From: an uncultured virus (IMG/VR IMGVR_UViG_3300009151_000055)
Lineage: Duplodnaviria; Heunggongvirae; Uroviricota; Caudoviricetes
Virus record (IMG/VR): IMGVR_UViG_3300009151_000055
Coordinates: 1-64,000 of that record
Length of the DNA stretch: 64,000 bases
Reading direction: 5' to 3' (one strand)
This document shows, piece after piece, positions 47,001 through 56,142 of this stretch. Position 1 is the first letter of the stretch, and each line of letters opens with the position of its first letter. The position numbers and the translations under genes are program-made. The notes beneath the pieces were generated by a model. That model did not search any database, had not been told where the DNA came from, and was given only the letters and a program-made list of their open reading frames with translations.

Positions 47001-49214
47001 TAGAGAAATTGTAAATCCTCCTTCTCCATAAAGAAATGTAGGCACTGTATCTAGCTTAACATTCACCACCTTTGGTGTAGCTGATGTTACATTTATAGAA
47101 GTTGCTGCTTCTGTAATAGCATCAATATAACTAAATGTTGCAGAAATAACACTTGTGAGTCTATAAGAAGAAAACTTAATTAAATCCACTGTAGCTATTC
47201 CTTCAGAAGGTCTTCTAACAGGGACAGTTAATGAACATATGTATTCTGTAGTACGTGCTGGAATTTCTTTTGTCTTCACAGTGTTTGTGAAACAATCAGT
47301 GTATTCAGCAATAATCTTTGTTGTTGTTACAATTTTGTATGTTCTACACTCAGAATTAAAAGCATTAGGATTTTTTAATATAAAAGGATCTTCTCTTAAA
47401 TCGTTGTACGGATAGTTGGGAAACAAATATGTGGTGCCTTCTCTTTCGTATTTACCAACGTTTCTTAAAATACCTTTAGCAACAATTGACTTGTTTGTAC
47501 CTCTATCACCTCTTACAATTTTAAATCCTGCAATATTGTCTATTTGCTCTTTTGTAAGAGAGGATGTATAAATTAATTGAGAAACTCTTTGTATATCAAT
47601 CTTTACACCTATTGGAAATATAGCATCTTTTGCTGTAGCAAGTTTGTATGTACCATTTCCATTTAATTCAATAAATGGTGTCTCAAATATTGGACTAATA
47701 TTTACGTCTGGAAACTTGTGGTGTCTTATGGGAGTGTTAGCAAGATCTCCCCACACTAACGTGTTGCAAGGATATAGTTCTGTAGATTCCCAATATGCAA
47801 ACTTACCATACTGATAAGGACCCTTGTAGTTCGAATCTGTTGTATATTCAGGAGAATTTGCTGTTACGCTTGCTGTATTGTATATTTTCCAATAAGGGCT
47901 ATATCCCACGTTTCCTTGCGTGTACGAGGGTTCTCCAATAAAATCTGCATTTGTATTAGGAACATCTGGTTGAGAAAACTCGTTGAAGTCTTGTATTCTT
48001 CCAGGGATGTGAAATCCATCTGTTTGTTTTCCGTTCTTCAAGAGAAACACTATTTCAAATGCGTACACTTCATCCCTTAGATAGCCTCTTAGGTTTGTTG
48101 CGTTTAGTTCATCAGCATAGTTTTCTGTAGAAGGAATTCTATATGTTTGCCATCCAAGTTCAATTTGATTAGCTATCTGTTGATAATTTATCCTGTCTAT
48201 AGAAGTGAGTTGGTCCCATACAAGTACATCTTGTACAGCTGTTAAATCTTGAGCAATATCGTAATAAGGAAACTTTTCGAATATTTCGTTTATTGTGAGA
48301 CGTATTTGTGTTACGTTCTGTCCTGTGTAAGTGATTTGATTAAAATTATCATCTATAAAATATGTACCCACTAGTTCTACAGAAGATATAGAGTTCACTG
48401 TCTTAATTACAGCAATATTATAATATTCAAAATATCCTGTAACATCAAGATTGGAAACATTTAATACAATAGACTTTCCTACATTGTAATTAAAATCAGC
48501 AGATATTAGTTGAGTTTTTGCAATAGGAGTGGGGTTGGTGACAGAATAATAAGACGTGTAAGCATCTCCTGAAGCATTACAATATTGTACAGCAAATTGA
48601 TATGTGCCTGATGTTAGGCTTCCTCCACTAATTATGTCCACCACATCTAAATAGGGAATCTCAAAATTAGGCTGCACTTTTAATTTATTACAATCAATTT
48701 CTGTTGTTGTAACATTATCACACACATTTGTGCCTGGTTGTATTTTGTAGGGAAGATTGGTTAAATCTAAATATCTTCTTGGGTTTATGCCATCCGTCCA
48801 ATAAATTTCTGTTGTACAATTAGTTATTTTATGTACAGCTTTATGGATGGGATCATCTACATTAAAGTTTAAACAGAATGCGTTTATATAGGTTCTATAG
48901 ACACAATCGTTATTGTCCATATATCCAATTTCACTTTCTCCTGTGTTTGGATTGGTTAAAAAGAATATGTGTTTATTTTGTTCATTGATGAAATGTTCAC
49001 CAATTAGTTGAAAATCTTCAGGAAACTTTAAACATAAATCATTACCTGATTCATTCTGATAATTAATAGAATTTGAATCAAAGTTCTCAAGAGCAGCATT
49101 TAGGGCATACGAGAGTTTACCTTCTACTATTTGATTAACAGAAGAGTCCATGTCCAAGCCTATTCTTGCAACGCTATATTCTGTACGTATATTGCCTTGT
49201 TCGTTGTCTGCCAT
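44040..49214 (-). CDS. tail stabilisation/muzzle protein (P22 gp10-like), N-terminal part, with Thr-rich C-terminal extension
   Basis: IYWTDG.NPRRY, YLRDEVYAFEIV, IRHHKFPD, FGGDTFI, WTVSYS...WISFHSY.P.WY; downstream of the tail tubular gene. Confidence 0.82.
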   Translation of the reverse strand: MADNEQGNIRTEYSVARIGLDMDSSVNQIVEGKLSYALNAALENFDSNSINYQNESGNDLCLKFPEDFQLIGEHFINEQNKHIFFLTNPNTGESEIGYMDNNDCVYRTYINAFCLNFNVDDPIHKAVHKITNCTTEIYWTDGINPRRYLDLTNLPYKIQPGTNVCDNVTTTEIDCNKLKVQPNFEIPYLDVVDIISGGSLTSGTYQFAVQYCNASGDAYTSYYSVTNPTPIAKTQLISADFNYNVGKSIVLNVSNLDVTGYFEYYNIAVIKTVNSISSVELVGTYFIDDNFNQITYTGQNVTQIRLTINEIFEKFPYYDIAQDLTAVQDVLVWDQLTSIDRINYQQIANQIELGWQTYRIPSTENYADELNATNLRGYLRDEVYAFEIVFLLKNGKQTDGFHIPGRIQDFNEFSQPDVPNTNADFIGEPSYTQGNVGYSPYWKIYNTASVTANSPEYTTDSNYKGPYQYGKFAYWESTELYPCNTLVWGDLANTPIRHHKFPDVNISPIFETPFIELNGNGTYKLATAKDAIFPIGVKIDIQRVSQLIYTSSLTKEQIDNIAGFKIVRGDRGTNKSIVAKGILRNVGKYEREGTTYLFPNYPYNDLREDPFILKNPNAFNSECRTYKIVTTTKIIAEYTDCFTNTVKTKEIPARTTEYICSLTVPVRRPSEGIATVDLIKFSSYRLTSVISATFSYIDAITEAATSINVTSATPKVVNVKLDTVPTFLYGEGGFTISLLSININMYCYPTALKAFDSDDSKYRHVFNSPDTSFGQPFLGDVLKLESVIFGKGSAHFVEVKKHALYKLLSREAQIDALNSSRDLGNITSPFNPAAMFAAYQSYLTIYINGITRRNFAYSYNSIASYDYASSIENNVGVKQRELDIAQYIFPGVQSVNDTYNINNYQRETSVYLKTAATKVPLPFPNKTPSLLLPGNISAVTDNSRSTISQQGNCSKPNEQFSIDTVCYYASLKNQFINQWGQIYSYDTIDTGFQRNIEIDNIINGQSSTATIFGGDTFINRFAFKTKLPFFIDNRVNAPDDSDIFYDEIGNVAYPQYWYSSRSILNDYQGLGDDFATNMKNIISTKAHYFDCPNNQLPAPDSTANPPIVNIDRTFYDGKMYLFAYGIPSFYCESSINVDLRQAFNDREGDFYPHVSTGIPDNWLQESFVSIQQDNTYFYNTTFSKQNKENYFSHLPINWTEQLCYTHFPFRTIYSDRQQSFSDNRINSWLIYRPISKFDFPQNYGKLTSLDGIQNRAILARFENKSLLYGTLLTINTSNPQAAYMGNDTLFQSSPPVDFAETDLGYVGSQHKMLLKIPQGQLTVDAKRGQVFLIQGNQATDISAPGSGMNRFFTDHLAFEILRYFPDVDVDNHFKSIGLHGVYDSKFDRVILTKLDYLPLNPNIKYDASTDEFYINKIVNNTTIKIIVYLSDNTYFCNKSWTVSYSVNNKSWISFHSYIPNWYVAENNFYYSGINGSCDLDVIAVQQITTTSTTSTTTTRTSTTSSTTTTQIPINCTLIGTSVYQAPYNCQLIGTAVYSTYPNCTLAGTAVYSAFPDCRLAGQAVYSNGTTTTTSTSSTSTTTIPTTTTTSTTTSTTTTKPITTTTSTTSTTTTAAPTTTTSTTSSTTTTTTTQPPTTTTTTSTTSTTTTQAPTTTTSTTTSTTSTTSTTTSTTSTTSTTTSTTTTRPPTTTTTTTTIPPSYAFCLGYSLTSDFAACNNYSSSCL
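44120..44755 (-). repeat. Thr/Ser low-complexity tracts flanking four 14-aa C-x-L-x-G-x-[AS]-V-Y repeats
   Basis: CTLIGTSVYQAPYN CQLIGTAVYSTYPN CTLAGTAVYSAFPD CRLAGQAVYSNG between poly-T/S runs. Confidence 0.85.
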
Positions 49215-49229
49215 AATGTATATTATAAA

Positions 49230-50153
49230 TTATCCATTGCGTCTCCAACCATATCTACTATCAATACGATTTGGAAGTTCGTACATGTTAAATCTATTAA
49301 GCTCTTCTCTTATCTTTCTTTGCTTTTTATAAACGTCTTGTTTCTTCACCTCTATATCCGCCATGATGAATGCTTCTTCAGAGAGTTGTTTATAATACAT
49401 CAACTTCTTTTCTATCTGATTGAATGTTTCGTCATTCACTTGATTAGAAAGAGTTTCAAACACTTTATATTTAATGAATGCTTCTACGTATTCTCTTATA
49501 CGATAGTTGTCAGGAATCATTTGATTACCAGATGTATCGTAGTCGTATGAATAAAATATCAAATGCACTACACCATTTCTAAAATTAGTGACAAACTTAT
49601 TGTCTCTAATATCAAATGAGTCAGCAGCTGAAGAGCCAAAGTTTGCACAATCCAATGCACAATCAGCTCTTACAGAAATGTTTCCTGGTTTTAACAAGAA
49701 AGCTCTTTGGTAATTCTGATTTATTGAATTGTTAGTTTTGTAAACAGCCTGTATAAGTTGGGGAAGACATGCTCCATCACAAGAAGGGGATGAGCAGTTT
49801 GTGCAAGGAACACCATTTATTGTAACTGGTGACACTTGTATTGTTGTTTGTTCTGATTGAGAATAGAACGAGTTTGCTGATTGATAGGGATATCCTTGCA
49901 CGTATGTACACAACCAAGCTTCTCTTACAGCAAAGAAGTTGTCTGGAAGTCTTGCTTGAAAATCTTCAATGTGTAATTGAGTTTCTGTTATGACATATGA
50001 ACTCCTGCCTAATTTTCTTAAGCATTTGTCTAAATATGTAGGGAACATTAAGTCATCTACAGCACCAGTGTCAAAATAGCTCTTAAGCTCTTCTTTCACT
50101 GTAGAATAGACAGGTTCAGGAGTTACGAAATTATATTTGTAATAGTAGCTCAT
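49230..50153 (-). CDS. tail tubular/ring protein
   Basis: TNFRNG.V.L.FY...D..G..MIPD...Y...F..YK motif; immediately upstream of the muzzle. Confidence 0.7.
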   Translation of the reverse strand: MSYYYKYNFVTPEPVYSTVKEELKSYFDTGAVDDLMFPTYLDKCLRKLGRSSYVITETQLHIEDFQARLPDNFFAVREAWLCTYVQGYPYQSANSFYSQSEQTTIQVSPVTINGVPCTNCSSPSCDGACLPQLIQAVYKTNNSINQNYQRAFLLKPGNISVRADCALDCANFGSSAADSFDIRDNKFVTNFRNGVVHLIFYSYDYDTSGNQMIPDNYRIREYVEAFIKYKVFETLSNQVNDETFNQIEKKLMYYKQLSEEAFIMADIEVKKQDVYKKQRKIREELNRFNMYELPNRIDSRYGWRRNG

Positions 50154-50584
50154 AGTCTAACATATTTTAAATCTTTTCTGACTGCAATATTTATATCTAC
50201 ACCTTTATCTAATCTTCTTTTTATAACTTGATAATCTAATCCCACTTCTTTTGCAAGATCCTTTAAAATCATATTGCGACCATTGTAAAAAATATAAACG
50301 TTAGTGCTTCTATTTCTGGTTTGTTCTTTACGAGTTGTCCATCTACAATTATCTTTACAATAATTTCCATCATTGTTTATTCTATCTAAAGAATGATTTC
50401 TAGAGGGTCTTTTTCCCATATCTTCTAAAAATCCTTCAAACGTTAACCATTTGTCACAAACAGTTATTCCTCTACCACCATATCTATTATAATTTAAAGT
50501 GTTTGAATTATAACATCTAGTTTTAAAATTGTTCCAGACTTTATATTCTGGAGAACTTCTTCGTTCTGTTACTTTTTTAGACAT
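50150..50584 (-). CDS. HNH homing endonuclease
   Basis: YGGRGITVCDKW..FEGFLEDMG.RP...SLDRINNDGNY...NCRW. Confidence 0.9.
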   Translation of the reverse strand: MSKKVTERRSSPEYKVWNNFKTRCYNSNTLNYNRYGGRGITVCDKWLTFEGFLEDMGKRPSRNHSLDRINNDGNYCKDNCRWTTRKEQTRNRSTNVYIFYNGRNMILKDLAKEVGLDYQVIKRRLDKGVDINIAVRKDLKYVRL

Positions 50585-50594
50585 ATCGATTTTT

Positions 50595-51074
50595 TTACAC
50601 TATCCATGATTGATATAGATGCTGATATTTGTCGTTGGTTTTTAAATAGTGAGCTAACATTCTTGATGTCACTCTTGTAGGCTTGAAGAACCAAAACTCA
50701 GGACCTTTGATTCTTGATGTGCGTTTGAACCATATCCATCCAAAGAAATATCCTTCTGTATGGTGGTTGAAATTATATATTATCTTTCCTTTTTCTCTAG
50801 TTTTTATCCAATCTATAGGAAGATTGATGTAATCTTTGCCTTCGTATGTTACAATCTTCTTTCTCTTCTTTTTGTTTATTGCAAAATCACCAAATCCATG
50901 AGGAAGCTTTTCTTTCTTTCCTGTCTCTAGAAGATAGTTTCTAAAATCTTCATTAAATTTATATATGATGCTTTTCCATTCTTCAAACGTTAATTTTGTA
51001 TTAGAATGTTTTGCACAATAATCTTTGTAATTCTCTTTACTACAACTCCTCCATTCAATCTTCACTCTACTCAT
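50595..51074 (-). CDS. IHF/HU-like DNA-binding protein (crAss gene 53-like)
   Basis: KLPHGFGDFAINKKK HU-like motif; ID W..T; conserved position before the tail tubular gene. Confidence 0.65.
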   Translation of the reverse strand: MSRVKIEWRSCSKENYKDYCAKHSNTKLTFEEWKSIIYKFNEDFRNYLLETGKKEKLPHGFGDFAINKKKRKKIVTYEGKDYINLPIDWIKTREKGKIIYNFNHHTEGYFFGWIWFKRTSRIKGPEFWFFKPTRVTSRMLAHYLKTNDKYQHLYQSWIV

Positions 51075-51085
51075 CTATGTTAATG

Positions 51086-51811
51086 TTATTTTGTATTGGG
51101 TGTGTTTGGTGCTTGACCATCTATTGCATCCTGTGTCATGTCTGTTTTAAGTCTAAAATAAGTGGACAGTAATTTATCAGAAGTCATTTTTAATATCTGT
51201 GTTTCTAAATATCCTGGAGCATGAAACTCTTTATCTAGAGGATTTTTACAATAGTCATCTATGCTAAAATCATTTCCACAACAACATTCAGAGAACATTA
51301 TTTCATTTGGAACATCTTCCTCAAAGAAAGCAGAGAGTCTTATTGCTTTTAGAAGAGGGTTTGTAACGTATAAATATCCATTCATTATCCAATAATACTC
51401 TTCGTTCTTTATTATTGGAAGCTTTAGTAAGTTGAGATATCTATTGACAGTGATTTCTTTTAGCTTTTTACCATTTCCACCCATTGCGTTTATTGAATAA
51501 ACACCCTGTATTGTATATTGATAATTGCCCTCAGAGATGCGAGGAAGTTTGTTTACAGATCTTGCAATTGTACAATCATCAACATATCCGCAGCATTCAG
51601 AAATGCTCACTTCTGTCATCTCTAGACATGGGATTGTTGTAAACAATGTATCTGTTGCCCATAGCTTACGAAGATTTGTTTCTCGTTTTACGAGCATAAT
51701 GGTATTGTTCTTAATCTCAGATGCTATCACTCTATCTGTTATTAGAGCATCTGTAGAAAGAAGTTTATGTGAACCTCGTACGTCTGAGACTAGTTTTCGT
51801 AATGTTGACAT
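51086..51811 (-). CDS. tail ring protein
   Basis: TIPCLEM..V...CC; YYWIMNGYLY; size and synteny match crAss-like ring proteins. Confidence 0.55.
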   Translation of the reverse strand: MSTLRKLVSDVRGSHKLLSTDALITDRVIASEIKNNTIMLVKRETNLRKLWATDTLFTTIPCLEMTEVSISECCGYVDDCTIARSVNKLPRISEGNYQYTIQGVYSINAMGGNGKKLKEITVNRYLNLLKLPIIKNEEYYWIMNGYLYVTNPLLKAIRLSAFFEEDVPNEIMFSECCCGNDFSIDDYCKNPLDKEFHAPGYLETQILKMTSDKLLSTYFRLKTDMTQDAIDGQAPNTPNTK

Positions 51812-51816
51812 ATTGT

Positions 51817-53055
51817 TTATATTCGACTTTCGTATTCTCCAATCTTTCCATAGATTGGATGATAAATAAGTACAATCCCTGCACGAATTTGATTTACAAA
51901 GTTGTTATCAGAATGCCATCTATCTGTTCCTGATAATGAAGGCATCTGTTGTATTCTCACTCCCTTTATTTCTTTTGCCATGTAATGATGCTTATCAGCA
52001 GTATGGAGCTCCCTGTAAACAGCATTTCCAAAATCTGTACAAGAATCATTGTTTGTGGCAAATAAAAGAGGAAGGTCATCTATCTTACAATTACCATGAT
52101 GATATCCTATGAATGTGTTTCCTAATACAACATGTTTAGTTGTAGAATGCCATCTTTGAAAATCAACCTTATCGTTGTTCTTAAAGAACACATCTAATGC
52201 GTGTGCTAAATAGAATGATTTGGTTCTGTCGTGATTACCTTGTACAAGAATCACTTCTACACTATTAGAAATAGCTTGTAGGTAATTGATTGTTGTAACT
52301 AATAAATCGAACCCTTGTTCGTATTCATTATCATATTCTACTAGAACATCTTGAGGAGTTCCATTAGTTGTTTGATTTTGATAGTTGTCTGTATGAAAGA
52401 AATCATTTGATATTGGAAAAACAATCTTGTTTATTGCAAAAGAGTTTCTTGTTTTTTCCACCAAGTCTCTAACCACTCCTAAGTATTGTGCTTTCTTTTG
52501 TTCTATTGTGTCACCTTCTAATGTTCTTTTAGCTAAGTGAAAATCACATATTGAAACTTCTACATCCACTGTTTCTTTCTCTAGAGGATCATTTTCAACA
52601 CTTCTTACAATGATGTCAGCAGGTTTGTATGTTTCTAAAAACTTAGAAAAATCTTCTGGAGAATAATCCTTTGGTTTCTTCAGAGTGGCAAATACAGAAG
52701 ATGTAAACTTACCATTTGATTTCTGTTTAGTCCAATAGTTAGAAATCTTGTATTTGTCTAAGTTTATTTTATGTAGTTTAGCAAGCTCTAAATCACTCTT
52801 TGGCTCAAAGTCTATTTGTAATGTACTCTCTATTGTACCTTTATCATTGTTCACCTTTGTATAATGCTCTTCAAGAGCTTCTACAAATTCTTCATAAGTG
52901 TCTGGTGCAGAAGAGATTTCTTTTCCTCTTATTTCTTTCAATAAGTCTGACACTTCTTGTTCTGTAATTCCTAGCTTTTCAGCATAAAACTTCTTACTCT
53001 TTTTCCAGCTTAATAGTTGTTCTAACTGTGACAGAACGTTTTGGTTTTCAGCCAT
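51817..53055 (-). CDS. calcineurin-like metallophosphoesterase with N-terminal HTH
   Basis: CDFH, NDFFH, GNHD, HHG and HTADKHH metal-binding motifs. Confidence 0.8.
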   Translation of the reverse strand: MAENQNVLSQLEQLLSWKKSKKFYAEKLGITEQEVSDLLKEIRGKEISSAPDTYEEFVEALEEHYTKVNNDKGTIESTLQIDFEPKSDLELAKLHKINLDKYKISNYWTKQKSNGKFTSSVFATLKKPKDYSPEDFSKFLETYKPADIIVRSVENDPLEKETVDVEVSICDFHLAKRTLEGDTIEQKKAQYLGVVRDLVEKTRNSFAINKIVFPISNDFFHTDNYQNQTTNGTPQDVLVEYDNEYEQGFDLLVTTINYLQAISNSVEVILVQGNHDRTKSFYLAHALDVFFKNNDKVDFQRWHSTTKHVVLGNTFIGYHHGNCKIDDLPLLFATNNDSCTDFGNAVYRELHTADKHHYMAKEIKGVRIQQMPSLSGTDRWHSDNNFVNQIRAGIVLIYHPIYGKIGEYESRI

Positions 53056-53079
53056 ACAAAAAATTTATCAAATTTACAA

Positions 53080-53110
53080 CAAAGATAGACGGTATTTTTA
53101 AAAAAACAAA
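53080..53110 (-). promoter_or_regulatory. consensus Bacteroidota sigma-A promoter
   Basis: TTTG (53107-53110), N19, TATCTTTG (53080-53087); a second TAAATTTG at 53069-53076. Confidence 0.7.
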
Positions 53111-53153
53111 ATTAATTTAACCAATTAGATTATATAGGTTAACTCTATTAATT

Positions 53154-53181
53154 AAAAACCCCGCCTTAGAAAAGGCAGGGT
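53154..53181 (-). terminator. rho-independent terminator
   Basis: Minus strand ACCCTGCCTT-ttct-AAGGCGGGGT followed by a T-run. Confidence 0.75.
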
Positions 53182-53216
53182 ACACAGGTCTGTAAACCAA
53201 CAAACAAACCGTGTTT

Positions 53217-53705
53217 TTAACAAGGTGATATATTAGTAAGAGGAGATGTTCCATTTATTTGTGCAGAATAGAATGAAGAAGAGCTCTGAAGACGATATTT
53301 GTAATAATTTCCATCTCCTGAGAAAAGAATTGTACAAAGACTGTTTGTGTAAAAATTTATTACAATATCTGAATTGGCTTCTTTTGAATACACTGTATTA
53401 GGAGTGGTTAAGTTTGTACATGCATCAGAATTGTTCATTTGAGTGGTGCCGCTTATTAAATATGTGTAATATGTAGGAAGTCCACTAATATTCATATCTA
53501 CATATGAACCATTACAATCTGTTCCTGTAGAAAGAGCTCTTACAACTGTTGCTCCGTTAGGAACCGCTGTTGATGTATATCCAGCAAGGAGAGCTGATTT
53601 TGATATTCCTGTTGCAAATGCTGATGTGAATCCATCAACATTAGAATATAGATTAAAAGGTCCTGTATTTGTTCCTGCTGTAGTTAATGTTATTACTACT
53701 GTCAT
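53217..53705 (-). CDS. virion decoration/fibre protein
   Basis: MTVVITLTTAG..TGPFNLYS...SALLAGY module plus a small beta domain. Confidence 0.6.
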   Translation of the reverse strand: MTVVITLTTAGTNTGPFNLYSNVDGFTSAFATGISKSALLAGYTSTAVPNGATVVRALSTGTDCNGSYVDMNISGLPTYYTYLISGTTQMNNSDACTNLTTPNTVYSKEANSDIVINFYTNSLCTILFSGDGNYYKYRLQSSSSFYSAQINGTSPLTNISPC

Positions 53706-53716
53706 AGTTTAATGTT

Positions 53717-54034
53717 TTATAAATGTGTGGTGGTTGTAGATGTAGTGGTGGAGAAAGTGGCACAACTTGTTACAAGGTTACAGAACAATGCTTTTGTTTG
53801 ATAGTTTGTAGCAATTGTTGCAAGTATTGTTGAGGCTAATGTAATTGGATCAAATTCTGCATCTATCTTCTGTAGAGCCAATGTTAGAGAGTCTTTGAAG
53901 TTTATTCCTGTGTTAGGAAGATTCGATGCTGAGTAATACACATCGTCAGATGTTGTAAGAGGTTTACAAGCATCACATTCATTAGAATAAACTACAGTTT
54001 GAGTGTAGCAAGGCATTCCTGGAACACATGACAT
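53717..54034 (-). CDS. Cys-rich structural protein with Thr tail
   Basis: V.Y...NLP.TGI...D.L..ALQKID; ends TFSTTTSTTTTHL. Confidence 0.65.
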   Translation of the reverse strand: MSCVPGMPCYTQTVVYSNECDACKPLTTSDDVYYSASNLPNTGINFKDSLTLALQKIDAEFDPITLASTILATIATNYQTKALFCNLVTSCATFSTTTSTTTTHL

Positions 54035-54059
54035 GGTGGTAAATTTTATTTATTTAAAA

Positions 54060-55196
54060 TCAAGGTATGTACATTATGTAATATGCTGATATTACAGGTT
54101 GAATATTTGCGTGAGGTAGACCGCCACCCTTTGGAGGATTTGTTACAACTATATTTGCACTGTTAGTGCTTGTTATTCCATATATTGCAGGCACATTGCC
54201 AATCACCAAATCATAATTTCTTGTTTGATTGCCGTCATTCTTAGTTATACCTATTGGATGCGTTGAATTTACACTAACTGCTCCTGCTCCTGAATTTACA
54301 GATTCTGAAGAAGTGTAATGGAAATGTCCACTATCTGTAGCAGTTGTCGCATGATTGTGAGAAGGCATTGTGCTTTCAGAAAGCGTAACGCTGTTTGTTC
54401 CTGCTTTTGTATTCAATGCATAATTGGGATTGAAAGCTGAAGAAGCAGGATTAACTTCTGAATCAAGAGCTCCTCCACCTACACTTATAATAGCACCAAC
54501 AGTGGCTCTTCCTCTTTTATCAGGAGTGCCATTTAAACCATTACACAAATACACTTTGTCCCATCCTGTAGCTGCAATTCCTTTTCCTGTTACATCAAAG
54601 TTTCCTGCAAGAGAACCATAATACTCAACAACAGTGTAAGGCACCATCTTAGTGTAGTATTGTGCTGATGGAGCAATGCTCTGTAGATAGGCTGCTATTA
54701 GAGAGTTTAAATCTGCTAGTTTTACGTAGTTTGTGTTTACGTTTGTTGTGAGAGCTGTTAGATCTGTAGAAACAGAGCAAAGTTTCACTATTATTGCCTG
54801 CACCACCTGTTTAATAGTGGATGATGAGCTTACGCCAGACAAACAAGTTGTTGTATATCCAGTATTAAGACCTATCACCGTGTTTGTTACAGCTGTTGTT
54901 TGTGTTTGTAAATCACAAAGAGCTCGCTCAAATGCCACCAACACTTCTGGAAGTGTAGGATCTTGTGTATTGTCTAAATAAGGTGTTATTAATGCACAAA
55001 GATAATCTTGAAGAGTAGTGATTCTAATCCCTGATCCGTCAAGAAATGATACCACTCTGTTGATTAATACATTCTCTACACTTAATAATGTATCTCCTGT
55101 AGAAATACCTAACACTTCACTTCCTATTCCTGTATACTGAATACATTTATCTGAACCTGTTTCTGGACATCCGTTGAAACAATTTGTACAAGACAT
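54060..55196 (-). CDS. fibre protein with tail-collar domain
   Basis: GW...LCNG.NGTPDKRGR...VTL....MPSHNH...HANIQP collar pattern; Cys-rich N-terminus. Confidence 0.75.
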   Translation of the reverse strand: MSCTNCFNGCPETGSDKCIQYTGIGSEVLGISTGDTLLSVENVLINRVVSFLDGSGIRITTLQDYLCALITPYLDNTQDPTLPEVLVAFERALCDLQTQTTAVTNTVIGLNTGYTTTCLSGVSSSSTIKQVVQAIIVKLCSVSTDLTALTTNVNTNYVKLADLNSLIAAYLQSIAPSAQYYTKMVPYTVVEYYGSLAGNFDVTGKGIAATGWDKVYLCNGLNGTPDKRGRATVGAIISVGGGALDSEVNPASSAFNPNYALNTKAGTNSVTLSESTMPSHNHATTATDSGHFHYTSSESVNSGAGAVSVNSTHPIGITKNDGNQTRNYDLVIGNVPAIYGITSTNSANIVVTNPPKGGGLPHANIQPVISAYYIMYIP

Positions 55197-55206
55197 ATTG
55201 TAAATT

Positions 55207-55473
55207 TTATTTATGAATTAATAATTTGACTCTACTTGCTATTTGTTCTGTAGAATAAGTGCAAGCATAATCAGGATTGCACAACCTGTTTGTCAATATT
55301 CTTTTATAGTTTAACAAATCTCCCAACACTGTGTCTGGGAAAGGTTTGTTTAATATAAATACAATATTGTTATATTGATTGTTAGCTAATGTTGTGAGTT
55401 TGCAATCAATATCTGCAAGTAATGCTGACACTGTTGTACAATCTACACAATTAGTAAGTCTTGGAGAAAGCAT
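55207..55473 (-). CDS. hypothetical structural protein
   Basis: 88-aa Cys-containing ORF in the structural block. Confidence 0.6.
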   Translation of the reverse strand: MLSPRLTNCVDCTTVSALLADIDCKLTTLANNQYNNIVFILNKPFPDTVLGDLLNYKRILTNRLCNPDYACTYSTEQIASRVKLLIHK

Positions 55474-55477
55474 AGTT

Positions 55478-55573
55478 TTATTTTTTTAGAGTTCCTGCAC
55501 AATATGCACATAAACCATTTGTTAGATTACATCCACATCCTACATTTGCTCCGCATTGATTACAGTTTGCCAT
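55478..55573 (-). CDS. 31-aa Cys-rich mini-protein (not in ORF track)
   Basis: MANCNQCGANVGCGCNLTNGLCAYCAGTLKK* fills the intergenic gap exactly. Confidence 0.65.
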   Translation of the reverse strand: MANCNQCGANVGCGCNLTNGLCAYCAGTLKK

Positions 55574-55574
55574 T

Positions 55575-56126
55575 CTAGTAATTATTAAAATAGTTGTTTC
55601 CTGAACAGTTGCAACCATTGGTTATAAAATGATCAAGCATTTTACTTGCTTGATTGTAAAGTTTATTTGATGTTTCTACAGCACAATTATTTGCTGCAGC
55701 AATTGATCCTTGTATGAAATAGTAAATACTATTCAATTCCACCTTCTGTTGTTTCTTAATTGCATAATCACACTCCATCATATCCAATTTCATAAAAGCT
55801 TCATCAAACTTCTGTTGAAGATTTTCCACTCTCATGAATGTTTTATCTACAAAATTTACATTTGCAGGAGCAATTGAATATTTTAAATAATAAATGCCAT
55901 CAGGAATAGGATTGTATACCCCTGCAGAAGAAAGTCCTAACGTTGCAGAATTGAATACATTAAAACTATTTGGTACAAAAGGAATTGGTAAAGGGTTAAA
56001 TCCTGGTACAGTGATAGTTATTGTAGGAGCAGAAGGTGTTGTAGCATAAGTTGATATGTCTGCTATCCCTAATGTTCTACTATCGTGAGTGTCAATAACT
56101 AATATATCTAAATGCAATGTTGGCAT
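55575..56126 (-). CDS. structural protein (tail hub/adaptor-like)
   Basis: IPDGIYYLKYS beta domain plus helical C-terminus with CNC; synteny. Confidence 0.55.
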   Translation of the reverse strand: MPTLHLDILVIDTHDSRTLGIADISTYATTPSAPTITITVPGFNPLPIPFVPNSFNVFNSATLGLSSAGVYNPIPDGIYYLKYSIAPANVNFVDKTFMRVENLQQKFDEAFMKLDMMECDYAIKKQQKVELNSIYYFIQGSIAAANNCAVETSNKLYNQASKMLDHFITNGCNCSGNNYFNNY

Positions 56127-56142
56127 AATCTCTATAAATAAT

